A stretch of DNA of 64,000 nt from Candidatus Falkowbacteria bacterium HGW-Falkowbacteria-1 (lineage in GTDB: Bacteria > Patescibacteriota > Patescibacteriia > Patescibacteriales > UBA12465). The notes below the pieces were generated by a model. It searched no databases. It worked only from the letters and a program-made list of their open reading frames with translations, and was not told the DNA's origin. The position numbers and the translations under genes are program-made. The stretch is taken from positions 10,707-74,706 of the forward strand of contig PHAI01000002.1 in assembly GCA_002840305.1 (NCBI GenBank), given 5' to 3'. Of this stretch, positions 1 to 9,396 are shown piece by piece (positions within the stretch are counted from its first letter, which is position 1; the number at the start of each line of letters is the position of its first letter).

Positions 1-420
1 TCTGTCGGAGCTAAAGGACCAGCTCATGTTTTTAAAGGAACAAGAATGGGTGGAAGAATGGGCGGCGACAGAGTTACTACAAAAAATCTAGAAATAGTTG
101 ACGTTGATATAGAAAATAATATTTTATTTATAAAAGGAGCTGTGCCGGGAGCAACTAATGGTTTAGTAATGATAAAGGGGCAGGGTGAATTAATTGTTAA
201 AGATTTGAAGGAAAATATTAAAAAAGATGAAAACAAGACAGGGGAGACTCCAGTGCTTGAAAGTGAGGAAAAAGTTGAAGCTGTCGTTGAAGAGGTAAGT
301 ATAGAAAATGCCGTAGAAGAAAAGAAAGAAGATAAGATGGTTGAAGCTGAGGTTGCAGAAAGCGAAGTCAAGAGCGAAGAAAAGAAAGACGATCTTGATC
401 AAAAAAAAGATAAAGAATAA
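1..420 (+). CDS. rplC: 50S ribosomal protein uL3, C-terminal part (5' end lies outside the window)
   Basis: Frame 1 is open from nt 1. [26 protein letters not shown]...[17 protein letters not shown] matches the uL3 C-terminus and is followed by a K/E-rich tail. It sits first in the conserved L3-L4-L23-L2 order. Confidence 0.85.
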   Translation, partial: SVGAKGPAHVFKGTRMGGRMGGDRVTTKNLEIVDVDIENNILFIKGAVPGATNGLVMIKGQGELIVKDLKENIKKDENKTGETPVLESEEKVEAVVEEVSIENAVEEKKEDKMVEAEVAESEVKSEEKKDDLDQKKDKE

Positions 421-445
421 TTAATTAAATTGATATAAAAATATT

Positions 446-1108
446 ATGCCGATTAAAATAAATATTTATAATAAAAGTGCTGAGTCAGTTGGTGAATTGA
501 AATTGTCTGATAAGGTTTTTGGTTTAGATCTTAATGCCGATCTTATGCACCAGGCTTTAGTTACTCAAATGGCCAACGAAAGACAAGTTTTGGCTCACAC
601 TAAGACAAAGGGAGAGGTTCGTGGTGGAGGTAAAAAGCCTTGGAAACAAAAAGGAACGGGTAGGGCCAGAGCTGGTTCTAGCAGATCTCCGATTTGGATT
701 GGTGGAGGTGTTACTTTTGGACCAAGAAAAGATCGCAATTTTTCTAAAAAAATAAACAAAAAAATGAAGCAAAAGGCTTTGATGATGGTTTTTTCAGATA
801 AAGTTAAAAATAACAGCTTGATAATCGTTGATAAGTTAGAGATGGCAGAATTCAAAACAAAAACATTAAATGATTTTTTAAAAAAAATAGAAGTAAATTT
901 TAGTAATTCAGATAAAAAAACAAAAAGAAGCATTTTGGTTGTTAATGACAATAATGACAAAAAAGTTTTTTATTCAGGCCGAAATTTAGCTGGCATTGAA
1001 ATAATTAATTTAGAAAATGTAAATATCATGGACTTATTAAAAAACAAGAATTTGTTGATAACTGAATCGGCCATCAAGAAAATTGATGAGAGATATTCAA
1101 AAGAATAA
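446..1108 (+). CDS. rplD: 50S ribosomal protein uL4
   Basis: KGEVRGGGKKPWKQKGTGRARAGSSRSPIWIGGGVTFGP is the uL4 signature; operon position fits. Confidence 0.9.
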   Translation: MPIKINIYNKSAESVGELKLSDKVFGLDLNADLMHQALVTQMANERQVLAHTKTKGEVRGGGKKPWKQKGTGRARAGSSRSPIWIGGGVTFGPRKDRNFSKKINKKMKQKALMMVFSDKVKNNSLIIVDKLEMAEFKTKTLNDFLKKIEVNFSNSDKKTKRSILVVNDNNDKKVFYSGRNLAGIEIINLENVNIMDLLKNKNLLITESAIKKIDERYSKE

Positions 1109-1124
1109 TTAAAATTTTAAAAAT

Positions 1125-1592
1125 ATGGGAATATTTAACTCCAAAAAAACAAGTGATTCAAATGATGAAGATAAAAAAGAAGTCATTGATTTAGGCAAAA
1201 GTAAGGAATTAAAAGAAAATAAAGAAAAAGTAGAAAAAACCGAAAAATCAATGAAAGATCTTTATGTTGAGGAAGGTTTAAAGCCAAGTAAAAAGGGTGC
1301 AAAAAATGGAATAGCCTACAGAGTTTTAGTGAAACCGGCTGTCACCGAAAAGGCGACTAATTTAGGAGCTTTGAATCAATATGTTTTTATTATTTCTGAC
1401 AAAGCAAACAAGATTGACGTATCTAATGCTATTTTTGAAGTTTACGGAGTAAATCCTACAAGTGTTAATATTATTAAAATGAAAGGTAAAAAGATTAACA
1501 GGGGTAAGGTTAGCGGAAGAAGAAAAAGTTTCAAAAAAGCAATTGTTACTCTTAAAAAGGGAGAGACTATATCCGTTTACGAAGGAGTTTAA
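1125..1592 (+). CDS. rplW: 50S ribosomal protein uL23 with a roughly 60-aa K/E-rich N-terminal extension (start uncertain)
   Basis: The C-terminal two thirds (LVKPAVTEKATNL...KKAIVTLKKGETI) match uL23; operon position fits. Confidence 0.85.
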   Translation: MGIFNSKKTSDSNDEDKKEVIDLGKSKELKENKEKVEKTEKSMKDLYVEEGLKPSKKGAKNGIAYRVLVKPAVTEKATNLGALNQYVFIISDKANKIDVSNAIFEVYGVNPTSVNIIKMKGKKINRGKVSGRRKSFKKAIVTLKKGETISVYEGV

Positions 1593-1616
1593 AATTTATA
1601 AATTCAAATAATTAAT

Positions 1617-2462
1617 ATGCCTATAAAAAAAGTAAAACCAAATACACCAAAAAGACGTCATGCCACATATGATAGTTTTTCGGATATTAGCCCAAAGGTG
1701 TCTCCAGAAAAGAAGCTATTGCTTATTAAAAAGAAAAAAAGTGGTAGAAATAATCAAGGAAAAATAACTGTTAGACATCGCGGTGGTGGTGCAAGGAGAT
1801 ATATAAGATTAATTGATTTTAAAAGAGATAAATTTGACGTTCCAGCTGTTGTTAAAACTATTGAATATGACCCTAATCGTGGAGCCCGTATTGCTTTGCT
1901 TTCCTATCTTGATGGTGAAAAGAGATATATCACAGCACCAGTTGGTCTAAAGGAGAAGGATATGGTTGTTAGCTCTAAAGATTTAGTTGAAATTAAACCA
2001 GGAAATTGTATGCCCTTGAAGTTTATTCCGGCTGGTATTTCTGTTTCTAGCATTGAGATGGAACCAGGTGAAGGGGCAAAAATTGCCAGAGGTGCAGGAA
2101 ATTCGGTTAACGTCATGGGTATCGAAGGCAAGTATGCTCAGGTTAAAATGCCGTCAGGAGAAATTCGTTTGATAAAGAAAGAATGTTTATGTACAGTTGG
2201 ACAAGCCAGTAATCCTGATAAAATGCATATCAAGATAGGTTCGGCTGGAAGAAAAAGACATTTAGGTATTAGACCGACAGTTAGAGGAACTGCCATGAAC
2301 CCAGTTGATCATCCACATGGAGGTGGAGAAGGTAAACAGTCAATTGGTTTAAAGAGACCGAAGACTAAGTGGGGGAAACCAGCTATGGGTGTTAAAACTA
2401 GAAAGAAACGAAGATCTAACAAATTGATCATGAAAAGGAGACCATCTAAGAAGAAAAAATAA
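1617..2462 (+). CDS. rplB: 50S ribosomal protein uL2
   Basis: GRNNQGKITVRHRGGG and GTAMNPVDHPHGGGEG motifs; operon position fits. Confidence 0.95.
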   Translation: MPIKKVKPNTPKRRHATYDSFSDISPKVSPEKKLLLIKKKKSGRNNQGKITVRHRGGGARRYIRLIDFKRDKFDVPAVVKTIEYDPNRGARIALLSYLDGEKRYITAPVGLKEKDMVVSSKDLVEIKPGNCMPLKFIPAGISVSSIEMEPGEGAKIARGAGNSVNVMGIEGKYAQVKMPSGEIRLIKKECLCTVGQASNPDKMHIKIGSAGRKRHLGIRPTVRGTAMNPVDHPHGGGEGKQSIGLKRPKTKWGKPAMGVKTRKKRRSNKLIMKRRPSKKKK

Positions 2463-2484
2463 AATAATTTAATTTTATAATATT

Positions 2485-2772
2485 ATGTCAAGAAGTTTGA
2501 AAAAAGGACCTTATGTTAATCAGAGAATATTGGCCAAAATTAAAGCCATGACTTCGGATGATAAAACTGTTATTAAGGTTTGGGACAGAGCTTGCTCTAT
2601 AACACCGGAGATGGTAGGTAAAACTATCGGTGTTCATAATGGTAAACAACATATTGCTGTTTATATAGTTGAGAATATGGTTGGACACAAATTGGGTGAG
2701 TTTTCTATAACCAAGAAATTTCACGGTCATGGTGGTAAGATGGCAAAGACCCAGGCACAAGTTAAGAAATAA
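2485..2772 (+). CDS. rpsS: 30S ribosomal protein uS19
   Basis: [11 protein letters not shown]...[17 protein letters not shown]...GHKLGEF is typical of uS19. Confidence 0.95.
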   Translation: MSRSLKKGPYVNQRILAKIKAMTSDDKTVIKVWDRACSITPEMVGKTIGVHNGKQHIAVYIVENMVGHKLGEFSITKKFHGHGGKMAKTQAQVKK

Positions 2773-2808
2773 GTTATCAAATCAATAAATAAAGTAATAT
2801 AAAATAAT

Positions 2809-3372
2809 ATGGAAGTTAAAGCCAGTTTAAAACATTTGAGAATATCGCCAAGAAAAACCAGGTTGGTTGCTGGTGTAGTTCGTGGTTTAGAGGTTAATAA
2901 AGCTATAAATCAGTTAAAATTTTTAAATAAAAAAGCAGCTAAACCTGTATTAAAGCTTTTAGAATCAGCTATAGCCAGTGCGGTTAATAACTATGATTTA
3001 GATAAAAATAATTTAACTATAAAGGAAATAAGGATTGACGAAGGTAAAGTTTTAAAAAGATGGATGCCAAGAGCACACGGAAGAGCAACAGTGTTGAGAA
3101 AAAAAATGAGTCATGTAAATTTGGTTTTATCTGAAATTGTTGATAGTGGTAAAAAGGAAGCTAAGAAAGTTGAAGTAGAAGCTCCAGTAAAATTAGATGA
3201 ACTTTCCAAGGAGTCAAAGAAAGAAAAAAAACAAGACAAAAAAGAAGATCAGACAGAAGAGGAAAAGGCTGACGAAAAAGTAAAGAAAGTTTCTGAAAAG
3301 CCAGGAAAAATGGATTCTAAAGGATCTTCCAAGAGTTTTACTTCTAAAGTTTTTAGAAGAAAATCTGGTTAA
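2809..3372 (+). CDS. rplV: 50S ribosomal protein uL22 with a roughly 75-aa K/E-rich C-terminal extension
   Basis: LRISPRKTRLVAGVVRG...RWMPRAHGRATVLRKKMSHV is the uL22 core; the tail is low-complexity K/E/D. Confidence 0.9.
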   Translation: MEVKASLKHLRISPRKTRLVAGVVRGLEVNKAINQLKFLNKKAAKPVLKLLESAIASAVNNYDLDKNNLTIKEIRIDEGKVLKRWMPRAHGRATVLRKKMSHVNLVLSEIVDSGKKEAKKVEVEAPVKLDELSKESKKEKKQDKKEDQTEEEKADEKVKKVSEKPGKMDSKGSSKSFTSKVFRRKSG

Positions 3373-3414
3373 TTATAGTTTATATTTTAAAATAAAAAGA
3401 TATTTATAAAATCT

Positions 3415-4074
3415 ATGGGTAAAAAAATAAATCCAAAAATAATAAGAATGGGAATTACTAGGACTTGGCCATCAACTTGGTTTAGTGCTGGCAATGATTA
3501 TATAAGACAGACAAGACAAGATGTTTTGATGAGAAAATATATTTTGAAAGAATTCAGGGAGGCTGGAGTAGATAGGGTTGAAATTAGTAGAAACTCTGGC
3601 AAAATAGCCGTTGATGTATATACAGCTAAACCCGGTATAATTATTGGTAGGGGCGGAAACGGAGTTGAAGAATTAAAGAAAAATGTTCATAAGAAGTTTT
3701 TATCAAATCCGATGAAAATACGCTTGGGCGATATTAATGTGAACATTAAGGAAGTTGAAAATCCAAATCTAAGTGCTCAAATAAACGTTCAGTCAATAGC
3801 CTTAGAGATAGAAAAAAGGGTTCCTTTCAGAAAAGTCATGAAGCAGGCACTTTCTAGAGTGGAGAGAGCCGGTGCTTTGGGTGTTAAGATTATGGTTTCT
3901 GGTCGTCTTAATGGGGCTGAAATTGCTAGAAGTGAAAAACTTATTTTTGGTAAATTACCGCTTAGTACCTTGAGAGCTAATATTGATTACGCTAGAGGAG
4001 TGGCTCATACTACATACGGAAGTATTGGCGTTAAGGTTTGGGTGTATAAGGGAGAGGTATTTAAACAAAAGTAA
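3415..4074 (+). CDS. rpsC: 30S ribosomal protein uS3
   Basis: MGKKINPKIIRMGI..., a KH-domain GIIIGRGG motif, and the C-terminal GVKVWVYKGE. Confidence 0.95.
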   Translation: MGKKINPKIIRMGITRTWPSTWFSAGNDYIRQTRQDVLMRKYILKEFREAGVDRVEISRNSGKIAVDVYTAKPGIIIGRGGNGVEELKKNVHKKFLSNPMKIRLGDINVNIKEVENPNLSAQINVQSIALEIEKRVPFRKVMKQALSRVERAGALGVKIMVSGRLNGAEIARSEKLIFGKLPLSTLRANIDYARGVAHTTYGSIGVKVWVYKGEVFKQK

Positions 4075-4107
4075 AATTTCCTATTTTGATTAATTTTGTT
4101 GTCAGAA

Positions 4108-4170
4108 ACTGCGAAACTCATTCACTGTATTAAAATACAGCTCAATCGTTTCTCGTCTCTTCCTGAAAAT
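4108..4170 (+). other. Imperfect hairpin inside the unusually long rpsC-rplP spacer
   Basis: The arms pair as GAAAC/GTTTC, ATT/AAT and CTGTAT/ATACAG around a TAAA loop. No T-tract follows, so it is not a classical terminator. Confidence 0.3.
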
Positions 4171-4307
4171 TAAACAAAATAAAAGATTTTTGGACAAAAG
4201 TTAAAAAAATAAATAATTTTAAAAAAGAAAAAATAAATTAATGATTGGGTTCCAGTTGAAATTTATCCTTGTGAGAATGGGGACTGGGATGACAATAATA
4301 TAGACAT

Positions 4308-4715
4308 ATGTTGATGCCAAAAAAAACTAAACACAGAAAAATGCATGGAGTTAAAAGAGGTGGAAAGGCCAGTAGTCTGCTTAACGTTGATTTTGGTTCA
4401 TACGGTTTGAAGAGTTTAGAGGCTTGTTGGGTTAACTCACGTCAAATTGAGGCTGCCAGAAGAGTTATAGCCAAATATACCAAAAAAGGTGGAAAAATAT
4501 GGATAAGAATATTTCCTGATAGATCAGTAACCCAGAAAGGCGGAGAAATTCCTATGGGTAAAGGTAAGGGAGCGGTTGATCATTATGTAGCTACAGTTAA
4601 ACCGGGAATGGTGATGTATGAAGTTGATGGATTAACAGAGGAGCAGGCTAAAAAGGCCCTAGAATTAGCAGCCTATAAATTACCGGTTAAATGTAAATTT
4701 GTTAAGAAGGATTAA
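4308..4715 (+). CDS. rplP: 50S ribosomal protein uL16
   Basis: MLMPKKTKHRKMHG...SRQIEAARRVI...PMGKGKG is typical of uL16. Confidence 0.95.
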   Translation: MLMPKKTKHRKMHGVKRGGKASSLLNVDFGSYGLKSLEACWVNSRQIEAARRVIAKYTKKGGKIWIRIFPDRSVTQKGGEIPMGKGKGAVDHYVATVKPGMVMYEVDGLTEEQAKKALELAAYKLPVKCKFVKKD

Positions 4716-4735
4716 TTATAAAATAAATTTTAAAT

Positions 4736-4963
4736 ATGGATTTCAAAGAATTAAAAAATAAAAAAAAGTCAGAACTACACGCTTTGTTGGCTAAATGGAG
4801 AGAGGAATTAAGAGCTTTTAGATTTAAAAATTCTAATAGTCAGTTGAAGAATATCAGAGAAATGAGAAGTGTCAGAAAAAACATTGCTAGAATTTTGACT
4901 TTATTAAACGGAGGTAAAGAAGAGAAAGTCGAAAATATTAAAAATCAAGAAGAGAATAAATAA
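4736..4963 (+). CDS. rpmC: 50S ribosomal protein uL29
   Basis: Small helical protein (ELKNKKKSELHALLAKWREELRAFRFK) in the uL29 operon slot. Confidence 0.85.
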   Translation: MDFKELKNKKKSELHALLAKWREELRAFRFKNSNSQLKNIREMRSVRKNIARILTLLNGGKEEKVENIKNQEENK

Positions 4964-4971
4964 ATAAAAAT

Positions 4972-5232
4972 ATGGAAAACAAAAAAGAAGTAAAAAAAAT
5001 TATTAGAAAAAAGTTCTCTGGCGTTGTGGTTAGTGACAAATCTGACAAAACAGTAGTTGTTTCTGTTGATATCGCTAAAATAAACAAAAAATATCAGAAA
5101 AGATATGTTTCTAGTCGAAAATATAAAGTTCATGATGAAGAAAATAAATTTAAAATAGGGGACAAGGTTAGCTTTGTTGAATGTCGTCCTTTTAGTAAAG
5201 AAAAAAAATGGAGAGTTGTTTATTCTAAATAG
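4972..5232 (+). CDS. rpsQ: 30S ribosomal protein uS17
   Basis: GVVVSDKSDKTVVVSV...KYKVHDEENKFKIGDKV..ECRPFSKEKKW matches uS17. Confidence 0.9.
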   Translation: MENKKEVKKIIRKKFSGVVVSDKSDKTVVVSVDIAKINKKYQKRYVSSRKYKVHDEENKFKIGDKVSFVECRPFSKEKKWRVVYSK

Positions 5233-5259
5233 TTTAATTTTTTAATTGTTTTTAAATAT

Positions 5260-5631
5260 ATGATACAAGTAGAAAGCAGATTGAGAGTCGCTGATAACAC
5301 TGGAGCAAAGGAAGTTCTTTGCATAAGAGTTTTGGGCGGATATAAAAAAAGATATGCTGGCGTTGGTGATATTATTGTCGCTACCGTTAAGTCAGCTAGT
5401 CCTCATATGCCGATTAAGAAGAGTGACGTAGTTAAAGCGGTTATTGTTAGAACAAAAAAGGAAATTAGAAGAAAAGATGGTACTTATTTGAGATTTGATG
5501 ATAATGCTTGTGTTATTATTGATAAAGAAAAGAAAGAACCTAAAGGAACCCGTATTTTTGGGCCAGTGGCTAGAGAGGTAAGAAGAGCTGGTTTTATGAA
5601 GATAGCATCTTTAGCGCCAGAGGTTCTATAG
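5260..5631 (+). CDS. rplN: 50S ribosomal protein uL14
   Basis: [27 protein letters not shown]...[11 protein letters not shown] matches uL14. Confidence 0.95.
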   Translation: MIQVESRLRVADNTGAKEVLCIRVLGGYKKRYAGVGDIIVATVKSASPHMPIKKSDVVKAVIVRTKKEIRRKDGTYLRFDDNACVIIDKEKKEPKGTRIFGPVAREVRRAGFMKIASLAPEVL

Positions 5632-5657
5632 GTTTATTATTATTTAAATATTTTAAT

Positions 5658-5984
5658 ATGAAAATAAAAAAAGGTGATAAAGTAAAATTATTAGCAGGAA
5701 AAGACAGCGAAAAGACTGGAAAGGTTTTACAGGTTTTCCCAAAAGAAGGTAGAGCCAGCGTGGAGGGTTTAAATATTTTAATAAAACATCTAAGACCTCA
5801 AAAAAGAGGAGAAAAGGGGCAGAGAATAGAGTTCCCAGCCTTAGTTGATGTTTCGAATCTTATTTTGATTTGTCCGAAATGTGGTAAAAGTTCTAGAGTT
5901 TCTTATAAAACTGTTAAAAATGAAGGTGATTCAAAATCCAAAAAGTTTAGAACTTGTAAAAAATGCGGTGAAACTATAGATTAA
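5658..5984 (+). CDS. rplX: 50S ribosomal protein uL24 with a C-terminal CxxC...CxxC zinc-ribbon-like tail
   Basis: The KOW region MKIKKGDKVKLLAGKDSEKTGKV is typical of uL24; the tail reads CPKCG-x19-CKKCG. Confidence 0.9.
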   Translation: MKIKKGDKVKLLAGKDSEKTGKVLQVFPKEGRASVEGLNILIKHLRPQKRGEKGQRIEFPALVDVSNLILICPKCGKSSRVSYKTVKNEGDSKSKKFRTCKKCGETID

Positions 5985-6008
5985 TTATATTTATATTAAA
6001 ATAACATT

Positions 6009-6560
6009 ATGACGTTAAAAGAAAAATATCAAAAAGAAGTAATACCGAAATTGAAGGAAAAATTTAAATATTCCAATAACCTTTTAGTTCCAAAAGTTTC
6101 AAAGGTTGTTATAAACGTTGGATTTGGTAGAAGAGTAAAAGATAAAGACTTCATTGATAATATTGAAAAGACTTTAATAAAAATTTCAGGACAAAAGCCA
6201 GTTTTTACTAAGGCTAAGAAGTCGATTTCGTCTTTCAAAATAAGAGAAGGAATGATTATTGGAGCCATGGTAACACTAAGAGGCGAAAGAATGTACCACT
6301 TTTTGGACAAGTTGATCAATATTAGTTTTCCAAGAGTTAGAGATTTTCGTGGTATATCAGAAAAGTCAGTTGATAAACAGGGTAATTTAACCGTTGGTTT
6401 TAAAGAGAATACATCGTTTCCAGAAGTTAAGGTTGATGATATAAATAATATTCACGGTTTGGAGATAATTATAGATTCAAATTCTAAAAATACGGAAGAA
6501 GGTTTAGAGTTGTTTAGATTTTTAGGATTCCCGTTTAAAAAGGAAGAAATTAAGAAATAA
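6009..6560 (+). CDS. rplE: 50S ribosomal protein uL5
   Basis: PKVSKVVINVGFG...TLRGERMYHFLDKLINISFPRVRDFRG matches uL5. Confidence 0.95.
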   Translation: MTLKEKYQKEVIPKLKEKFKYSNNLLVPKVSKVVINVGFGRRVKDKDFIDNIEKTLIKISGQKPVFTKAKKSISSFKIREGMIIGAMVTLRGERMYHFLDKLINISFPRVRDFRGISEKSVDKQGNLTVGFKENTSFPEVKVDDINNIHGLEIIIDSNSKNTEEGLELFRFLGFPFKKEEIKK

Positions 6561-6581
6561 TTTATTAATTTATTTATACTT

Positions 6582-6767
6582 ATGGCTAGAAAAGCGTTAA
6601 TTATAAAAGCAAAAAAGAAACCGAAATTTTCAACTAGAAAAATAAACAGATGTTGGCGTTGCGGAAGAAACAAGGGCTACATGAGAGATTTTGACTTGTG
6701 TCGTATTTGTTTTAGAGAATTAGCCGATAATGGTGATTTACCGGGTATTAAAAAGGCAAGTTGGTAA
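6582..6767 (+). CDS. rpsN: 30S ribosomal protein uS14, short zinc-binding (type Z) form
   Basis: 61 aa with CWRCGR...CRICFRE and a terminal KKASW. Confidence 0.9.
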   Translation: MARKALIIKAKKKPKFSTRKINRCWRCGRNKGYMRDFDLCRICFRELADNGDLPGIKKASW

Positions 6768-6821
6768 ATTTATTATTTAATTTTTAAATTTATATTACAA
6801 TTTTTATTTAATTAGAATATT

Positions 6822-7241
6822 ATGATAGACCCAATCGCAGACATGTTAACCAGAATTAGGAATGCCTCCATAATAAAAAAGGCTGACATTGTCTTACCAA
6901 TGAGTAAGATAAAATTCAATATAGCTAAAATATTGGAAAAAGAAGGCTTTATAAGTAAAGCTGAGATAATAAAGGGGGGGCAAGATTTGCAAAAAAACAA
7001 AAGCTCAAAATTTGATCAAATCAGATTGGTTTTGAAGTACAATGCCAACGGAGAGCCAAAAATAAGCTCTTTAAAGAGAATAAGCAAGCCAGGCAGAAGA
7101 GTTTATATTGACAAAGAAAATATCCCAACAGTTTTGAATGGTTTTGGTTTGGCTATTATTTCCACCTCAAAAGGAATGATGACTAATATGGAAGCTAAGA
7201 AGGGTAGAATTGGTGGTGAGTTTATTTGTGAAGTTTATTAA
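6822..7241 (+). CDS. rpsH: 30S ribosomal protein uS8
   Basis: DPIADMLTRIRNA...GLAIISTSKGMMT...GGEFICEVY matches uS8. Confidence 0.9.
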   Translation: MIDPIADMLTRIRNASIIKKADIVLPMSKIKFNIAKILEKEGFISKAEIIKGGQDLQKNKSSKFDQIRLVLKYNANGEPKISSLKRISKPGRRVYIDKENIPTVLNGFGLAIISTSKGMMTNMEAKKGRIGGEFICEVY

Positions 7242-7303
7242 TTTTTAAAATACATATTCTAAAATTGTTTTAATTAATTTTAGAATTATAATATACCATT
7301 ATT

Positions 7304-7846
7304 ATGTCAAGATTAGGAAAATTAGCAATTAAAATACCAAGCGGAACTGATATCAAAATCGATAGCAAATCCGTGAAAGTTAAAGGACCAAAAGGCGAAT
7401 TAAAAACCGATCTATTAGAAGTAGTTAAAGTTGAGGTTGTTAATGATGAAATCATAGTTAAAGTTTCGAACCCAGAAGACAAGAAAGAAAAATCTTTATG
7501 GGGCTTATACAGAGCTCTTATAAATAATATGGTTGTTGGAGTAAATAGTGGCTATGAAAAAAAATTAGAAGTAAAAGGTGTTGGTTATAAAATTGCCGTA
7601 GTTGGAAACCAAATTAATTTGAATTTAGGTTTTTCACATCCAATAGAGTTTCCATTGCCTCAGGGTATTTCTGCTACTGCCGAGGGCAATATTTTGACTA
7701 TATTAGGAATAGATAAGCAGTTGGTTGGTGAAATGGCTGCTCAAATTAGAAAATTGAGAAAACCAGAGCCTTATAAGGGCAAAGGTATTAGATATATTGA
7801 TGAAGTAATTAGAAGAAAAGCCGGAAAAGCTGCGGCTTCTAAATAA
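7304..7846 (+). CDS. rplF: 50S ribosomal protein uL6
   Basis: MSRLGKLAIKIPSG...KVKGPKGEL...PEPYKGKGIRY matches uL6. Confidence 0.95.
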   Translation: MSRLGKLAIKIPSGTDIKIDSKSVKVKGPKGELKTDLLEVVKVEVVNDEIIVKVSNPEDKKEKSLWGLYRALINNMVVGVNSGYEKKLEVKGVGYKIAVVGNQINLNLGFSHPIEFPLPQGISATAEGNILTILGIDKQLVGEMAAQIRKLRKPEPYKGKGIRYIDEVIRRKAGKAAASK

Positions 7847-7869
7847 TTTTATAAATAATTTTTTTAGAT

Positions 7870-8229
7870 ATGAACAAACAAAAAGAAAAGAAAAATAAAC
7901 TAGACAGAAGACACAAAAAAATTAGAATGAAAATTGTTGGAATATCTTCCAGACCAAGATTGAATGTTTTTAGATCTAACAAGGGAATGTATTTGCAGTT
8001 AATTGATGATTCAACAGGAAAAACATTGGTAAGCGTTAACTCTAAGGAAGTGAAAGATACTGGCAAACTTAAAAAAGTAGAAAAAAGTTTTGAAATGGGT
8101 AAAATATTAGGAGAAAGAGCTTTGAAGGCCAATATTAAAGAGGCTGTTTTTGATCGAGGTGGATATAAATATCATGGTAGAGTAAAGGCTGTAGCGGAAG
8201 GAGCCCGAGAAGCTGGTTTAAAGTTTTAA
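7870..8229 (+). CDS. rplR: 50S ribosomal protein uL18
   Basis: RRHKKIRMKI.G...PRLNVFRSNKGMYLQLIDD...FDRGGYKYHGRVKA matches uL18. Confidence 0.9.
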   Translation: MNKQKEKKNKLDRRHKKIRMKIVGISSRPRLNVFRSNKGMYLQLIDDSTGKTLVSVNSKEVKDTGKLKKVEKSFEMGKILGERALKANIKEAVFDRGGYKYHGRVKAVAEGAREAGLKF

Positions 8230-8266
8230 ATATAATCAATTTATTCTTTATAAATTTAAAAATATT

Positions 8267-8938
8267 ATGTCGGAAGAAAAAAAACAAACAAATACTCAGG
8301 CTGTTGGTAATAATTTAAAACAAACAAGCGCTCAGGTTGTTGGTAGTAATTTAAATAGCAATCCAAACAATAACTTTAACAAGAAAAAGGATTTTGGTGG
8401 AAAAGGCCGTCGTTTTTCTGAAAGACCAAAGGAAGAGTTTGATCAAAGAATATTGGACGTAGCTCGTGTAACCAGGGTTATGAAGGGTGGTAAGAGAATG
8501 AGTTTTAGAGTTTGTATTGCCATTGGAGATAAAAAGGGCAGAGTTGCTGTCGCCTTAGGTAAGGGTGCCGATGTTACTTTGGCCGTAAACAAGGCTGTAA
8601 ATAAAGCCAAGAAAAACATAATTGAAGTTCCAATATATAACGACACAATACCTCATCAGATAAATGGTAAGTTTGGTTCTGCTAAAATAATATTAAAACC
8701 AGTTGCCAAGGGAAGAGGTGTTATTGCCGGCGGTGTTGTGCGTGTTATTTTGGATTTAGCTGGAGTTAAGAATATTAGCAGCAAGATATTGGGAACAAAC
8801 AACAAAGTAAATAATGCTAAATGCACTGTAATGGCTTTGTCTAAATTAAAGAGAAGAGAGAATAACAACAAGGCTGATAGGTTTGAAAATAAAAATGGAA
8901 AAGAAAATAATGAAAAAGATTCTACATTGAAAAAATAA
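8267..8938 (+). CDS. rpsE: 30S ribosomal protein uS5 with N- and C-terminal low-complexity extensions
   Basis: The core VARVTRVMKGGKRMSFRVCIAIGD..G.VA.G.GKG matches uS5. The N-terminus has a tandem QxxxQxVGxNL repeat and the C-terminus is N/K-rich. Confidence 0.9.
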   Translation: MSEEKKQTNTQAVGNNLKQTSAQVVGSNLNSNPNNNFNKKKDFGGKGRRFSERPKEEFDQRILDVARVTRVMKGGKRMSFRVCIAIGDKKGRVAVALGKGADVTLAVNKAVNKAKKNIIEVPIYNDTIPHQINGKFGSAKIILKPVAKGRGVIAGGVVRVILDLAGVKNISSKILGTNNKVNNAKCTVMALSKLKRRENNNKADRFENKNGKENNEKDSTLKK

Positions 8939-8961
8939 AAATAATTTTTATAAACAAAAAT

Positions 8962-9387
8962 ATGATCACTTTGAATAATATCAAAAAAGGCAGAGGAACA
9001 ATGAAAAAAAAGAAAAGAATCGGAAGAGGTAATGCTTCTGGTACTGGTACTTATAGTGGCCGAGGTTTGAAGGGTCAAAAATCAAGAGCTGGTTCAGGGA
9101 AGGGTAAGCTTAAAAGACTGGGAATGAAACAGAGTCTTTTAAAAATCCCAAAAGTTAGAGGATTTAAATCTTTATATTCAAAGAATCAGGTTGTTAATCT
9201 TGATACTATAAATGAAAATTTTAAAGATAATGATTTAATTAATCCAGAGGTTCTATTTGCCAAAAAACTTATAACTAAAAAAAATCAAGCAGTTAAAATT
9301 TTGGGTAATGGATCTTTGAACTTAAAAGGTTTAAAATTCGAAAATGTAAAAATGAGCGAAAGTGTTAAAAAATCATTAGAAAAATAA
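8962..9387 (+). CDS. rplO: 50S ribosomal protein uL15
   Basis: KKKRIGRGNASGTGTYSGRGLKGQKSRAG matches uL15. It follows rpsE after only 23 nt, leaving no room for rpmD. Confidence 0.9.
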   Translation: MITLNNIKKGRGTMKKKKRIGRGNASGTGTYSGRGLKGQKSRAGSGKGKLKRLGMKQSLLKIPKVRGFKSLYSKNQVVNLDTINENFKDNDLINPEVLFAKKLITKKNQAVKILGNGSLNLKGLKFENVKMSESVKKSLEK

Positions 9388-9396
9388 TAATTATAT

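Noticed and set aside
4241-4303. 20-codon ORF (MIGFQLKFILVRMGTGMTII) just upstream of rplP
   Set aside because: It is very short, has no SD and no recognisable product. The region is reported instead as a possible regulatory spacer.
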